From the NCBI GenBank assembly GCA_963707505.1, contig CAVPQB010000003.1, positions 64,001-128,000 on the forward strand: 64,000 nt of DNA, given 5' to 3'. This document shows positions 42,773 through 52,549 of this stretch, in pieces; position 1 is the stretch's first letter; each line of letters opens with the position of its first letter. Position numbers and translations under genes: made by a program. A model generated the notes under the pieces. It saw only the letters and a program-made list of their open reading frames with translations. It ran no database searches and was not told the DNA's origin. The stretch comes from an uncultured Gemmatimonadales bacterium. GTDB taxonomy: Bacteria; Gemmatimonadota; Gemmatimonadetes; Gemmatimonadales; Gemmatimonadaceae.

Positions 42773-44101
42773 TTACCGCATCGGAAGCGGCTCACGCGAA
42801 CGCACGACGACTCCGGTGAATGTCGATCCGGTAGTTCCGGTCAGCTCGACGTCCACATACTCGCCGATCATCTCGGCGCCGCCCGGAATGATGACTGTCT
42901 TGAAGTCGCGCGTCCGCGCCTGCAACAACCCTCCGCGACGTGCTTCCTTCTCGACCAACACCTCACGTCGCTCGCCCAGTCTCGCCATGTTGCGCGCGCG
43001 CGAAGCTTCGCGGACGACCGAGATCAACTGTGCAAGCCTGTCGCTGGCCACCTCATCCGAGATCGCCAGCTCGGCGGGCAGTCGCGCCGCGGGCGTTCCG
43101 TCACGCATCGAGAACTTGAACGTGTATGCGTCATCGAAGCCGACCTCGCGCACCGCGGTCAATGTCTCCGCAAATTCATCGTCGCTCTCACCCGGGAACC
43201 CCACGATGATATCGGTAGTCAGCGCGATCCCTGGAATCGCGGCGCGCAACCTTGCTGCGCATTCGAAGTAGGACTCGCGCGTGTAGCGTCGCAGCATCCG
43301 CTTGAGTGTGCGCGATGATCCGGATTGCATCGGAAGATGCACGTGCTCACAAACAGCCGGTGTGGTTGCCATCGCCTCGATCACGCGATCGCTGAAGTCG
43401 TTAGGGTGGGGACTCGTGAAGCGGAGGCGACGAATCCCGTCGACACATCCTACCGCGCGAAGCAGATCGGCGAAATCGTACGTGCCATCGGTATAGGAAT
43501 TGACGGTCTGACCAAGCAGCACGATCTCCGACATGCCGTCCGCGACTACGCTTTCCGTTTCACGCACCACGTCCGCCAGCGCGCGACTGCGCTCCGGACC
43601 GCGCGTGTACGGAACGATGCAATACGTACATCGGTAGTCGCAACCACGCTGCACGGGGATCCAGGCCTTCACCTTGTCGAACCGGCGCGGCTTGAAATCC
43701 TCGTAGTGCTCTTCCATGTCGAAATCCGTCGCCGACGTCCTGACTCCATGGCGTGCGTTATCGATCAGAGTCGGTAACGCGCGATATCCGTCAGGGCCGA
43801 TCACGATACTCACGTGCGGAGTGCGTTCGAGCAGCGTCGGCCCCAGCCGTTGAGCCATGCACCCGGTTACACCCATCACCGCCGTAGGCGACATGTGTCG
43901 CTTGAGCTCACCCAGACGTCCAATCACACGCTGCTCGGCGTGATCGCGAATGGCGCAAGTGTTGATGAGAATCACGTCGGCGCCGTCCGGGCCATCAACC
44001 GCGTCGTAACCGGAAGCCGTGAGCTTGCCGAGCATGAGCTCGGTGTCGCTCACGTTCATCTGGCAGCCGTACGTCTCGATGTAAACTGTGGGTCTGGTCA
44101 T
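42773..44101 (-). CDS. miaB: tRNA-2-methylthio-N6-dimethylallyladenosine synthase
   Basis: TYGCQMN, NTCAIRDHAE, GCDYRCTYCIVPYTRG, LGQTVNSY, TDIIVGFPGE, TRAM tail. Confidence 0.96.
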   Translation of the reverse strand: MTRPTVYIETYGCQMNVSDTELMLGKLTASGYDAVDGPDGADVILINTCAIRDHAEQRVIGRLGELKRHMSPTAVMGVTGCMAQRLGPTLLERTPHVSIVIGPDGYRALPTLIDNARHGVRTSATDFDMEEHYEDFKPRRFDKVKAWIPVQRGCDYRCTYCIVPYTRGPERSRALADVVRETESVVADGMSEIVLLGQTVNSYTDGTYDFADLLRAVGCVDGIRRLRFTSPHPNDFSDRVIEAMATTPAVCEHVHLPMQSGSSRTLKRMLRRYTRESYFECAARLRAAIPGIALTTDIIVGFPGESDDEFAETLTAVREVGFDDAYTFKFSMRDGTPAARLPAELAISDEVASDRLAQLISVVREASRARNMARLGERREVLVEKEARRGGLLQARTRDFKTVIIPGGAEMIGEYVDVELTGTTGSTFTGVVVRSREPLPMR

Positions 44102-44105
44102 GCGC

Positions 44106-45266
44106 TTAACGAGGTTCCTTTTGCGGGTGCGTTGGCAGCTGAACGTAGAACGTGCTCCCTTCGCCTGTAACGCTGCGCACCCAGATGCGGCCGCCGTGCG
44201 CTTCCACGACGAGTTTGCAGAACGCGAGGCCGAGCCCCGAGCTACGCACTCGCGGCACATGTCCCGCCTTTACGCGTCCGAATTTCTGGAATATCAGATC
44301 GTGAAATTCTTCCGGGATCCCTGGACCGTTGTCCTGAATTCCGAATAGCACTCCGTCATCCTCACCGCGCGCGGTGATTCGCAACTCGATAGCGCGCCCG
44401 GAATGCGTCAGGGCGTTCTGAAGGATGTTGGAGAATACGCGCTTCAGCAGCGGCTTGTCAGCCTCGAACGTAGCTGCGTCCTCCGAGACTGAGATTACTA
44501 CCGAAGCAGCTTCCTGAGTGAAGCGCACATTCCACTCGTGGAGAACCTCCGCGATGAATGCACCGGGCGCGATTTCCTGACGCTCGAGCATGATCCCGGT
44601 CTCCTCGACCTTCGCGACCTCGAGTAGATCGCCAATAAGACCGAGCAGCTCTTCCGCCTTGGTCTCGGCGTCGCTCAGCGCCTTGCGCTGATCGAGCGAT
44701 ACAGCGCCGAAGTCACCGTCGCCAACCATCTCGAGCGTCGCGAGCACGGACGTGAGCGGAGTCTTGAGATCGTGAACGATCATCTTCATGAGATCGTCGC
44801 GCACCTTCTCGAGCTCGCGCAACTTGCGATAGCTGTCCTCCAGCGCGTCGGTCGCGGCCTTGAGCTTGAGCAGACTGCGTACGCGGGCGCCGAGCACGAG
44901 GCGATTGTGTGGCTTGGTGAGAAAATCGTCCCCACCAGCCTCGATGCCCTTCACACGATCGGTCGTGTCATTGAGCGCCGTGACGAAGATCACGGGAATG
45001 CGAGCCGTGCGTGCGTCACGCTTGAGGCGGCGACACACTTCGAATCCGGTGGACCGATGATCGACACCGAGCTCTCCGGCAGGCATCGCTACGTCGAGGA
45101 TGCACAGATCCGGATGATGCTCGATGCATGCAGCGATCGCGCTCGGACCATCGACCGCCGCGACAGTGCGGAAACCAAGAGTCTGCAACTGGTCGAACAG
45201 AAGCTCCACGTTCGCCGGCACGTCATCGGCGACGAGAATGAGAGGTGGCTCCTGCTCGGTATCCAT
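44106..45266 (-). CDS. Hybrid receiver-histidine kinase (REC-HisKA-HATPase)
   Basis: ILVADD..ILDVAMP..DFLTKP, IVHDLKTPL, NILQNA, DNGPGI, SGLGL. Confidence 0.92.
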   Translation of the reverse strand: MDTEQEPPLILVADDVPANVELLFDQLQTLGFRTVAAVDGPSAIAACIEHHPDLCILDVAMPAGELGVDHRSTGFEVCRRLKRDARTARIPVIFVTALNDTTDRVKGIEAGGDDFLTKPHNRLVLGARVRSLLKLKAATDALEDSYRKLRELEKVRDDLMKMIVHDLKTPLTSVLATLEMVGDGDFGAVSLDQRKALSDAETKAEELLGLIGDLLEVAKVEETGIMLERQEIAPGAFIAEVLHEWNVRFTQEAASVVISVSEDAATFEADKPLLKRVFSNILQNALTHSGRAIELRITARGEDDGVLFGIQDNGPGIPEEFHDLIFQKFGRVKAGHVPRVRSSGLGLAFCKLVVEAHGGRIWVRSVTGEGSTFYVQLPTHPQKEPR

Positions 45267-45273
45267 TCGTCGT

Positions 45274-46422
45274 TTACGGATGCACCTGCAGCCCGAAGCT
45301 GAGGTTGTAGCCGTGCTCACTCACGCCGGTGACTCCCGTGCGTGCTTCGTGCAACAGTGCCATGTCGAGTGTTACGCGGTCGAATGCGATCGGAATTCCG
45401 ATGCCGCCACCGAATGACGTTTCCTGAATCGCCGACGTCCCGACCGCGAACGGAAGCGTTCTCCGGCGTACTCCGAGACGCACGAGGATCGGAAAGCCGC
45501 CCCCGATACGTGGACCGCTGGATTCGACACCCAGACTCAGGTCATTTGCGTCGACCGCGACCGTATGCGCGTAACTCAGATCACCGAGCTGACTCCACGT
45601 CTCGTGCGATGCGCGAGCCGCTATCATCGTTCCCGGAATCCCGGTGAACGCGAGCGATCCCGAATAACGCGTCGGTATCGTGCCCGTGGTAAGTAGCGAA
45701 TCGTTCGCGAACATCCTGGCCGTTCCGCCCTTCCGTCCGCTGACCGCGATGCTCAGCGTCGGCAACAGAGCCGCTTCCATTCCGACCGATACTGCCTTTC
45801 CTGAAAAACTCACCTGGTTGAGCTGCGTGATGTTCTGAAACCTGGTGGTGTCCGGGAATATTTCGTTGGATGTGAGACGCATCGATCCCGGGAACGTGTG
45901 CACGCCGACTCCGAATCGCAGGCGAGCGTTGACGGCATACGCCAGTGCAAGCCGTACGTCCGTGATCGCCCCCTCGCTCTTCAGCGTTTCGTTGAACGCG
46001 ACCGTGTCGCCGGGATTGGGACCGAAAGGCTGCGTGCGTGCGCGTGCCGTTTCCCACGTGCGATCGAGGAACGTGGACGCAGAGATGCCGAGCACGAACT
46101 GTCCGTTCAACGGAAGCACACCGCCGATGTTCGGCATCCGCGCCAGTGTCGTCGATGATGACTGCCCGTTCGTCGTAACTGTCCTGAACTCGGGATCGTA
46201 CTGCGCGTACACCTGCGCCGCCGTCCGAATTGCGAGCGCCGCAGGATTGATCGGAGACCGCGCGTCGATCTCGCCGACCGCGCCCGCGGTGCCGAGCGCG
46301 CGCGTGCTGAGCTCACCCGGAGGGTAACCCAGACCCTGAGAGCTGAGCGATCCCTGACCGTGGAGCGTGGAGGCCGTCAGAGCGGTGGCGGCAACCACGG
46401 CAATCAAGAATCTGTTACTCAT
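45274..46422 (-). CDS. Putative outer-membrane beta-barrel (FadL/PorV-like architecture)
   Basis: Signal peptide, N-terminal STRALGTAGA..INPAAL hatch-like motif, amphipathic strands, C-terminal YNLSFGLQV. Confidence 0.65.
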   Translation of the reverse strand: MSNRFLIAVVAATALTASTLHGQGSLSSQGLGYPPGELSTRALGTAGAVGEIDARSPINPAALAIRTAAQVYAQYDPEFRTVTTNGQSSSTTLARMPNIGGVLPLNGQFVLGISASTFLDRTWETARARTQPFGPNPGDTVAFNETLKSEGAITDVRLALAYAVNARLRFGVGVHTFPGSMRLTSNEIFPDTTRFQNITQLNQVSFSGKAVSVGMEAALLPTLSIAVSGRKGGTARMFANDSLLTTGTIPTRYSGSLAFTGIPGTMIAARASHETWSQLGDLSYAHTVAVDANDLSLGVESSGPRIGGGFPILVRLGVRRRTLPFAVGTSAIQETSFGGGIGIPIAFDRVTLDMALLHEARTGVTGVSEHGYNLSFGLQVHP

Positions 46423-47711
46423 GGAACGCCAATCCGGGCACGAGGTGTGTAGCTGATGCGAAGCTTCGGTCTCAACGTCGGATCCGACGACGATGAATAG
46501 AAGAATGCCTGTTGTGCGGAAAAATCTTCCTGGAGACTCTGCAGTACTATCGCGCGCGGAAGCTGCGCCGCGGTCTGCACTGCCCAGTATTTGAATGCGG
46601 GTCCGATCTGAACCTCACGAACGCCAGACGTCCCCGGAGGAGTTCTGAGGGGCGACAATCCCAGCACGCTGACCGGCGCCACTATCTGCGCCGCTTTTGA
46701 CGGATCGACGACACCCGGACCGGCCAGCACAAGGAATGGCTGGATCGCCATGGAGTCGGTGGGATCGGGAGAAGCACTCGCCTGTTGCGTGAGAACGAGC
46801 GTCGCGGCAACAACGAGCGACGAGTCCGAGATCGATGGAGGAATGTTGAACGACAGATACGCTCGCGTACCCGGCAGTCCGCCAACCGTGAGAATTCCCG
46901 GTGGTGGCGGTGGTGTCCCCTTCACTACGATCGTGAAGTCGGCAACGCTCTGTGCGATGGAGAGATTATCTACCGGAGTGAGCGAATACGGCGCCATCAC
47001 CACCGGAGCGACGCTGGTGTCTTTCGAGATGCGCATAGAAAGCCTCGACGAGAATCCCGATTCGCCCGACAGCACGCGGAACTCCACCGACTTTGATGCA
47101 GCGACCTGTAATCCCAATCGCAATCGCGCCCTGGCCTGCGCCTTGGCGAGAACGAACGCCGTCGGCAGCTGTATTCGTACCGAATCCACGAGCGTGCCCG
47201 GCGCGAACTGCGTCGACGTGATGAGACGTGCCGGCGTGAAGAGCGGAGCCACTGCCGCGGCCGAGGTATCATCTACGGCCGTAACGTCATCGACATCGTA
47301 GACGGAAACGGTTACCGGAACACCCACCTTGAACGCCGCACTGTCCACGTACAGACGCAGAATCGCGCTGTCCGCGTAATTGATCGGAACGCCGGTGTCG
47401 GTCGCGCTCGTGACGGTCCTCGAGGGCAGCGTGTCGAACCGGATGATGACACGCGTATCCAGCGTATCGCCGCGACTGGCGAGCAACATCTCGGGCTCGG
47501 TTCCCTTGCCCAGTCCGCCCAACACTGTCGAGTCGATCTTGACTGCATCGAGTGTCACGGTCGTGATCTGCACGGACTGATCGACACACGTGAGCGGGCA
47601 ACCCGCCGAGCTGTCCAGTTTCTCCGTACAAGCGGTCGCCACGAGAGCGAGCATGGTCGTGACGGCGACTGCCGCACAGGACCGGCTAAAACTCCATCTC
47701 TTCAATATCAC
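46419..47711 (-). CDS. Uncharacterised beta-rich lipoprotein
   Basis: Lipobox-like VATAC, C-terminal FYSSSSDPTLRPKLRISYT. Overlapping start/stop codons with both neighbours. Confidence 0.75.
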   Translation of the reverse strand: MILKRWSFSRSCAAVAVTTMLALVATACTEKLDSSAGCPLTCVDQSVQITTVTLDAVKIDSTVLGGLGKGTEPEMLLASRGDTLDTRVIIRFDTLPSRTVTSATDTGVPINYADSAILRLYVDSAAFKVGVPVTVSVYDVDDVTAVDDTSAAAVAPLFTPARLITSTQFAPGTLVDSVRIQLPTAFVLAKAQARARLRLGLQVAASKSVEFRVLSGESGFSSRLSMRISKDTSVAPVVMAPYSLTPVDNLSIAQSVADFTIVVKGTPPPPPGILTVGGLPGTRAYLSFNIPPSISDSSLVVAATLVLTQQASASPDPTDSMAIQPFLVLAGPGVVDPSKAAQIVAPVSVLGLSPLRTPPGTSGVREVQIGPAFKYWAVQTAAQLPRAIVLQSLQEDFSAQQAFFYSSSSDPTLRPKLRISYTPRARIGVP

Positions 47712-48112
47712 TCCGTAAATCGGTTCGATTCATCCAGCTTGAACTGGTGCGGAAGAAGATCCGCGAGCGACCATTCGGTGGTCTCGCCGTTCAGTCCATG
47801 GCTCACTATACGCAGTGCCGGAGCAAACTCCGACAGTGCTTGCCGGCAGGCGCCACACGGCGCAGCCGGCTCCGTCGCATCGCTCACCAGCACCAATTCA
47901 GCAAATTCGCGCTCGCCCGCGCTGACCGCCGCGACAAGCGCCGATCGCTCGGCGCAGATTCCAACACCGAACGAGGCGTTCTCGACGTTCGCCCCGCCAT
48001 ACACGTTTCCAGCGCTGCTCCGGAGAGCTGCACCGACATGAAAGTGCGAGTACGGCGCGTATGCGTTCGCGCGCGCGTCCTCCGCGACATTCCTGAGAGA
48101 CTTTGTGCTCAA
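47708..48112 (-). CDS. cdd: Cytidine deaminase
   Basis: AYAPYSHFHVGAAL, NVENAS..ICAERSA, PCGACRQ, LLPHQF. Confidence 0.95.
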   Translation of the reverse strand: MSTKSLRNVAEDARANAYAPYSHFHVGAALRSSAGNVYGGANVENASFGVGICAERSALVAAVSAGEREFAELVLVSDATEPAAPCGACRQALSEFAPALRIVSHGLNGETTEWSLADLLPHQFKLDESNRFTE

Positions 48113-49281
48113 CGCAGCACCTGCATCAGAAACGAAGTTCCCGCGCCCCGGAATTCCAACCCGAACCACTCCGCGACGGTTGCACCAAGATCCGCAAACG
48201 TGGCTCGGTGCCCTATTGTATTGCCCGTCCGGATCGCAGAACCGAACACGAGAACCGGAACGTTCTCACGCGCGTGGTCGGTCGAAGCAGTTGTAGGGTC
48301 GTTGCCGTGGTCGGCGGTGATAAACAGCAGATCTTCCTCGCGAAGGGCACGCCTCAGCGTTGGAAGCGCCGCGTCAAATTCCCGCAGCGCTCCGAAAAAG
48401 CCCGGTACGTTGTTCCTGTGGCCGTAAAGTTGGTCGAAATCTACAAGGTTGGCGAAGAGAAACCCGGTATCGGCCGTACTTCCCAGCCACTGCTGGATCA
48501 AACGAATTCCTTCGGCGTTTCCAGAGGTGTGCTTTGACTTGATCGACCTCCCGGCGAAAAGGTCGTCGACCTTCCCGACCCCGCTCCGCTCGATCCCAGC
48601 CGCAGCAAGCGCATCGAGCAGCGTCTCCGACGGCGGTTGGACCGAGAAATCCCGCCGGTTGGCTGTCCGGCTGAACGAGCCGGCCTCCCCCACGAACGGC
48701 CGCGCAATTACCCGCGAAACATTGTTCGGCTCAACCAGTAACGCTCGCGCTGCTTCGCAGCCGGCGTAAAGCTCAGGCAAAGGGATAACCCCCTCGTGCG
48801 CTGCGATCTGGAAGACCGAATCGGCGGATGTGTACACGATCCATGAGCCGGTGCGCAGATGCTCCTCGCCGAATCTGGCGATCACGTCAGTCCCGCTGCC
48901 CACAACGTTCCCGATGACACGACGTCCCGTGCGGTCGGAAAACTCAGCAAGCAACGGCGCTGGAAATCCGGACGGATAGGTCGGGAACGGCGTCGTAATC
49001 GTGACTCCGGCGATTTCCCAATGGCCAGTCGTGCTGTCCTTTCCAGCGGCTCTGGGTGACATGACACCCACCGCGGCATCAGGTTGAGCCACAGCACCTA
49101 ACCCGTTGATGGGGTGTATGTTACCAAGACCAGCCTCATGTAGATTCTCAAGTCGTTCCGGAGCCATCTTTTCGATCACATGGCCAAGCGTATCGCTTCC
49201 GGCATCACCGTAAGCCGCCGAGTCCGGCGCCTCACCGATTCCCGCCCCGTCGAGCACGATTATCGCCGCGCGTCGCGCCAT
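48109..49281 (-). CDS. deoB: Phosphopentomutase
   Basis: IVLDGAGIG, GKDSTTGHWE, YTSADSVFQIAAHE, RVIARPF, NLVDFD, TADHGNDPT. Confidence 0.96.
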   Translation of the reverse strand: MARRAAIIVLDGAGIGEAPDSAAYGDAGSDTLGHVIEKMAPERLENLHEAGLGNIHPINGLGAVAQPDAAVGVMSPRAAGKDSTTGHWEIAGVTITTPFPTYPSGFPAPLLAEFSDRTGRRVIGNVVGSGTDVIARFGEEHLRTGSWIVYTSADSVFQIAAHEGVIPLPELYAGCEAARALLVEPNNVSRVIARPFVGEAGSFSRTANRRDFSVQPPSETLLDALAAAGIERSGVGKVDDLFAGRSIKSKHTSGNAEGIRLIQQWLGSTADTGFLFANLVDFDQLYGHRNNVPGFFGALREFDAALPTLRRALREEDLLFITADHGNDPTTASTDHARENVPVLVFGSAIRTGNTIGHRATFADLGATVAEWFGLEFRGAGTSFLMQVLR

Positions 49282-49288
49282 CGACTCG

Positions 49289-50377
49289 TCAGGCCTCTAC
49301 GTACCGGCGGTCCAACCGCTCGGCGAACCCGGTGAGAAGCTCATACGGCGACATTCCGGCCAGCCCTGCGATCCCTTCGACGGTGAGCTCTGCTCCACAA
49401 TCACCACCGATCAGCGTGATCACGTCGCCCACGTTGCATGGCACGTCTGTCACGTCGAACATCGTCATGTCCATGGTTACCAGGCCGCGTTGGGGGATCC
49501 GACTGGAGTGCAACATCGCCGTCGCGCGATCAGAAAGAGCGCGCGGGTAGCCGTCGCCATACCCGACAGAAGCCGTTGCGATCCGCTCTCGGCGCTTTGC
49601 GCTGTACATCGCGCCGTAGCTGACCGTGTCGCCTGGCTCGACCCACCGGATATCCACAATGCGGGCACGCAGACTCACTACGTGGCGGGCATCCAGGCCG
49701 AGTCCCCTGCCTACCCCGTAAAGGAAAACGCCCGGCCGTATGGCGCCCCAACGTCCGCGTCCACTCACCCCGCGCGCCGCTGCGGCACTGTTATCCACGT
49801 GAAGTAGCGGGATCTCGACGCCGAGGCTCGCAATCGCATCCAGGAAACGGACTACTTGCGCCTGCGCCGAAGCGGTGTCCGATTCGGCAGAATGGAAGTG
49901 CGTGAACGCGGCAGCCGGCGGCGACTTGCGCACGACATCGCGGAGGGCTGTGATGTCACGCCAGGCTGCACCGGCGCGGTTCATTCCGGTATCGATTGAA
50001 AGATGGTACGGCTTTTCGGTACGGGCCCAGGCAGCGATGGCATCGACGTCGCCCAGCGTGAGCGTGAGATCCGCAGCCGCTGCGCGCTGGTACTCCTCCG
50101 CGAGCACGGGAGTGAACACGATGACGGGACGAACGATGCCAAGCTCGCGGAGCTGTTCGCCTTCACCGATCGAGGCCACTCCATACGCAACCGGCTCCAG
50201 CGGTTCGAGCGCGCCAACCACGCCTGCGACGCCCACGCCATAGGCATTCGCCTTCACCATCGGAATCAGCGGAAGGCCGGTTTGCCGCTGCAGCTCGGCG
50301 GCATTCTGGCGCAACGCCGCAATGCTCACGTCGAGCCAGGCGCGCGCAGGTAGCGGGTATATTAGGGTTTCTTCCAC
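49289..50377 (-). CDS. alr: Alanine racemase
   Basis: MVKANAYG, IDTGMNRAG, FTHF, RPGVFLYG, VSYG, GYGDGY, VTMD. GTG start at 50377 is inferred. Confidence 0.93.
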   Translation of the reverse strand: MEETLIYPLPARAWLDVSIAALRQNAAELQRQTGLPLIPMVKANAYGVGVAGVVGALEPLEPVAYGVASIGEGEQLRELGIVRPVIVFTPVLAEEYQRAAAADLTLTLGDVDAIAAWARTEKPYHLSIDTGMNRAGAAWRDITALRDVVRKSPPAAAFTHFHSAESDTASAQAQVVRFLDAIASLGVEIPLLHVDNSAAAARGVSGRGRWGAIRPGVFLYGVGRGLGLDARHVVSLRARIVDIRWVEPGDTVSYGAMYSAKRRERIATASVGYGDGYPRALSDRATAMLHSSRIPQRGLVTMDMTMFDVTDVPCNVGDVITLIGGDCGAELTVEGIAGLAGMSPYELLTGFAERLDRRYVEA

Positions 50378-50391
50378 AGCCTTATAAGATA

Positions 50392-51168
50392 ATGTCACGT
50401 GACGTTGGACTGGATGACACGCTGGAGCTGATGCGCGATCTGCGCAGGCGCTGCGACTGGGACGCGGCGCAGACTCATGAAACTCTTCGCCCTTACCTGA
50501 TCGAGGAAGCGCACGAGCTGGATGAGGCGATCCAGACCGGGAACGACGCGCTCATGCGCGAGGAGCTCGGCGACGTCTTGCTGCAGGTGCTCTTTCATTC
50601 TGTGCTCGCCGAGGAGCGGGGCGCGTTCACGTTCAGCGACGTTGCGAGCGCACTGATAACGAAGATGAAGGGACGACATCCACATCTCTATGGCGAGGGC
50701 GTGAAGGAGCCATGGGAGAAGATGAAATCGAAACGTCGTGAGTCCCTGGCCGACGGACTCCCCGTTGCCCTGCCGTCGCTTCATCGCGCACAGCGGTTGC
50801 AGGATCGTGCCGCCGGCGTTGGCTTCGACTGGCCCGATTGGCGCGGCGCAGCTGAAAAGGTCAGCGAGGAGCTGGACGAAGCCCGAGAGCTTCTCGATGA
50901 GCTACCAGAGCGCCCAATTGGCGCAGCACCTGTGCACGACGAGGCGCACGAGCGCATCGCTGAAGAACTTGGCGACCTGCTATTTGCGTGCGTTAATCTG
51001 TGCCGGAAGGCTCACGTCCACGCATCGCTCGCCCTGGACCGCGCAAACCTGAAATTCCAGCACCGATTCGAGCAGGTCGAGCAGCTCGCGCGCGAGCGCG
51101 GTATCGTGGTCGGCCAGGCGTCGCTGGCCGAGCTGGATGCGTTATGGGATGAGGTAAAACGGACGTAG
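50392..51168 (+). CDS. mazG: Nucleoside triphosphate pyrophosphohydrolase MazG
   Basis: CDWDAAQTHETL, EELGDVLLQV, RHPH, GFDW, EELGDLLF. Confidence 0.94.
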   Translation: MSRDVGLDDTLELMRDLRRRCDWDAAQTHETLRPYLIEEAHELDEAIQTGNDALMREELGDVLLQVLFHSVLAEERGAFTFSDVASALITKMKGRHPHLYGEGVKEPWEKMKSKRRESLADGLPVALPSLHRAQRLQDRAAGVGFDWPDWRGAAEKVSEELDEARELLDELPERPIGAAPVHDEAHERIAEELGDLLFACVNLCRKAHVHASLALDRANLKFQHRFEQVEQLARERGIVVGQASLAELDALWDEVKRT

Positions 51169-51179
51169 CACGCCGACGG

Positions 51180-52481
51180 TCATGGCCGCAACCGATACAT
51201 CGTGCGCGGGAACGCGATTGCCTCGCGAATGTGCGGAATACCGCACACCCACGCGACCAATCGCTCAAGTCCCAGGCCGAATCCCGAGTGCACGAACGTC
51301 CCGTAGCGTCGCAGATCGAGATACCAGTCGTACGCCTCGATCGGTAGCCCTTCGTCCTTTATCCGCTGCACCATGCGGTCATAGTCGTCCTCGCGCTGCG
51401 ACCCCCCGATTATCTCGCCGTAACCTTCTGGTGCCAGCATGTCGCTGCAGAGCACCGTGCGCGGGTCTGCCGGGTTCTCCTTCATGTAGAAGGCCTTGGC
51501 TTCCTTGGGGTAGTTGACGATGAAGATCGGCCGGTCGTAGTCCGCAACCAGCAGCGACTCGTCTTCGGCGCCGAGATCGTCGCCCCACTTCACTTCACTG
51601 CCCTTGGTCTGAAGAGTGCCGACTGCGTCGGTGTAGTCGATGCGCGGAAACGGCGCTCGGATCGATTCGAGCTTGGAAACGTCCCGCTCGAGCAGCGCCA
51701 GTTCGCTGACGCAACGCTCGACGGCGCGGCGCACCACGTATTCGATCATCTCTTCCTGCAGGCGCATGCTGTCGGCGGAGTCGAAGAACGCCATCTCCGG
51801 CTCCAACATCCAGAACTCGGTAAGATGACGCCGCGTCTTGGACTTTTCCGCACGGAACGTCGGCCCAAAAGTGTAGATCTTGCCCAACGCCGCCGCGGCC
51901 GCCTCGCCGTAAAGCTGGCCCGTCTGCGCGAGATATGCGTTACCCTCGTCGAAATATTCCGTGGCGAACAGCCCGCTCCGCTCGCCGATGGCGCTTGTCA
52001 GAATGGGGGTATCGACGCGCACGAACTCGCGCTCGTAAAAGAAGTCGTTCAACGCCTGCTCTATCTCGGCGCGAACCCGCGCGATCGCCACCTGACGTGG
52101 GCTGCGCAGCCACAGATGCCTGTGATCGAGCAGAAAATCGATTCCATGCTCCTTGGGCTGAATCGGATAATCGCTCGGACTCGCCCCGAGAATAGTCATA
52201 TTTGTGACCCCGACCTCGACACCACCCGGTGCCCGCGCGTCGGCACGAACTTCGCCCTCGATCTCGACGGAGGTCTCCAGGGTAAGCGACTGAAAGGTCC
52301 CCCAGGCCGCGTCGCCGACTACTTTCTGAACGACAACGCATTGCAGGGTGCCACTTCCGTCGCGTAGGACGATGAAGGCAACTTTCCCGGAGGATCGCAG
52401 GTGAGCTACCCAGCCGCGTACATGCACCGTTTCGCCAATGTGGTGAGGCAGGCTGGAAATCGTTTGATACTGGGATGACAT
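51180..52481 (-). CDS. asnS: Asparagine--tRNA ligase
   Basis: OB domain RGWVAHLRSSGK, QTGQLY, GPTFRAEKSKTRRHLTEFW, EIIGGSQRE, HSGFGLGLER. Confidence 0.95.
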   Translation of the reverse strand: MSSQYQTISSLPHHIGETVHVRGWVAHLRSSGKVAFIVLRDGSGTLQCVVVQKVVGDAAWGTFQSLTLETSVEIEGEVRADARAPGGVEVGVTNMTILGASPSDYPIQPKEHGIDFLLDHRHLWLRSPRQVAIARVRAEIEQALNDFFYEREFVRVDTPILTSAIGERSGLFATEYFDEGNAYLAQTGQLYGEAAAAALGKIYTFGPTFRAEKSKTRRHLTEFWMLEPEMAFFDSADSMRLQEEMIEYVVRRAVERCVSELALLERDVSKLESIRAPFPRIDYTDAVGTLQTKGSEVKWGDDLGAEDESLLVADYDRPIFIVNYPKEAKAFYMKENPADPRTVLCSDMLAPEGYGEIIGGSQREDDYDRMVQRIKDEGLPIEAYDWYLDLRRYGTFVHSGFGLGLERLVAWVCGIPHIREAIAFPRTMYRLRP

Positions 52482-52549
52482 TTGGGCGTTCGAGAGAGTC
52501 GTGGGCAGCCGAATAGAATACCGAACCTTCTGGGGCGAGGCAACCGCAC

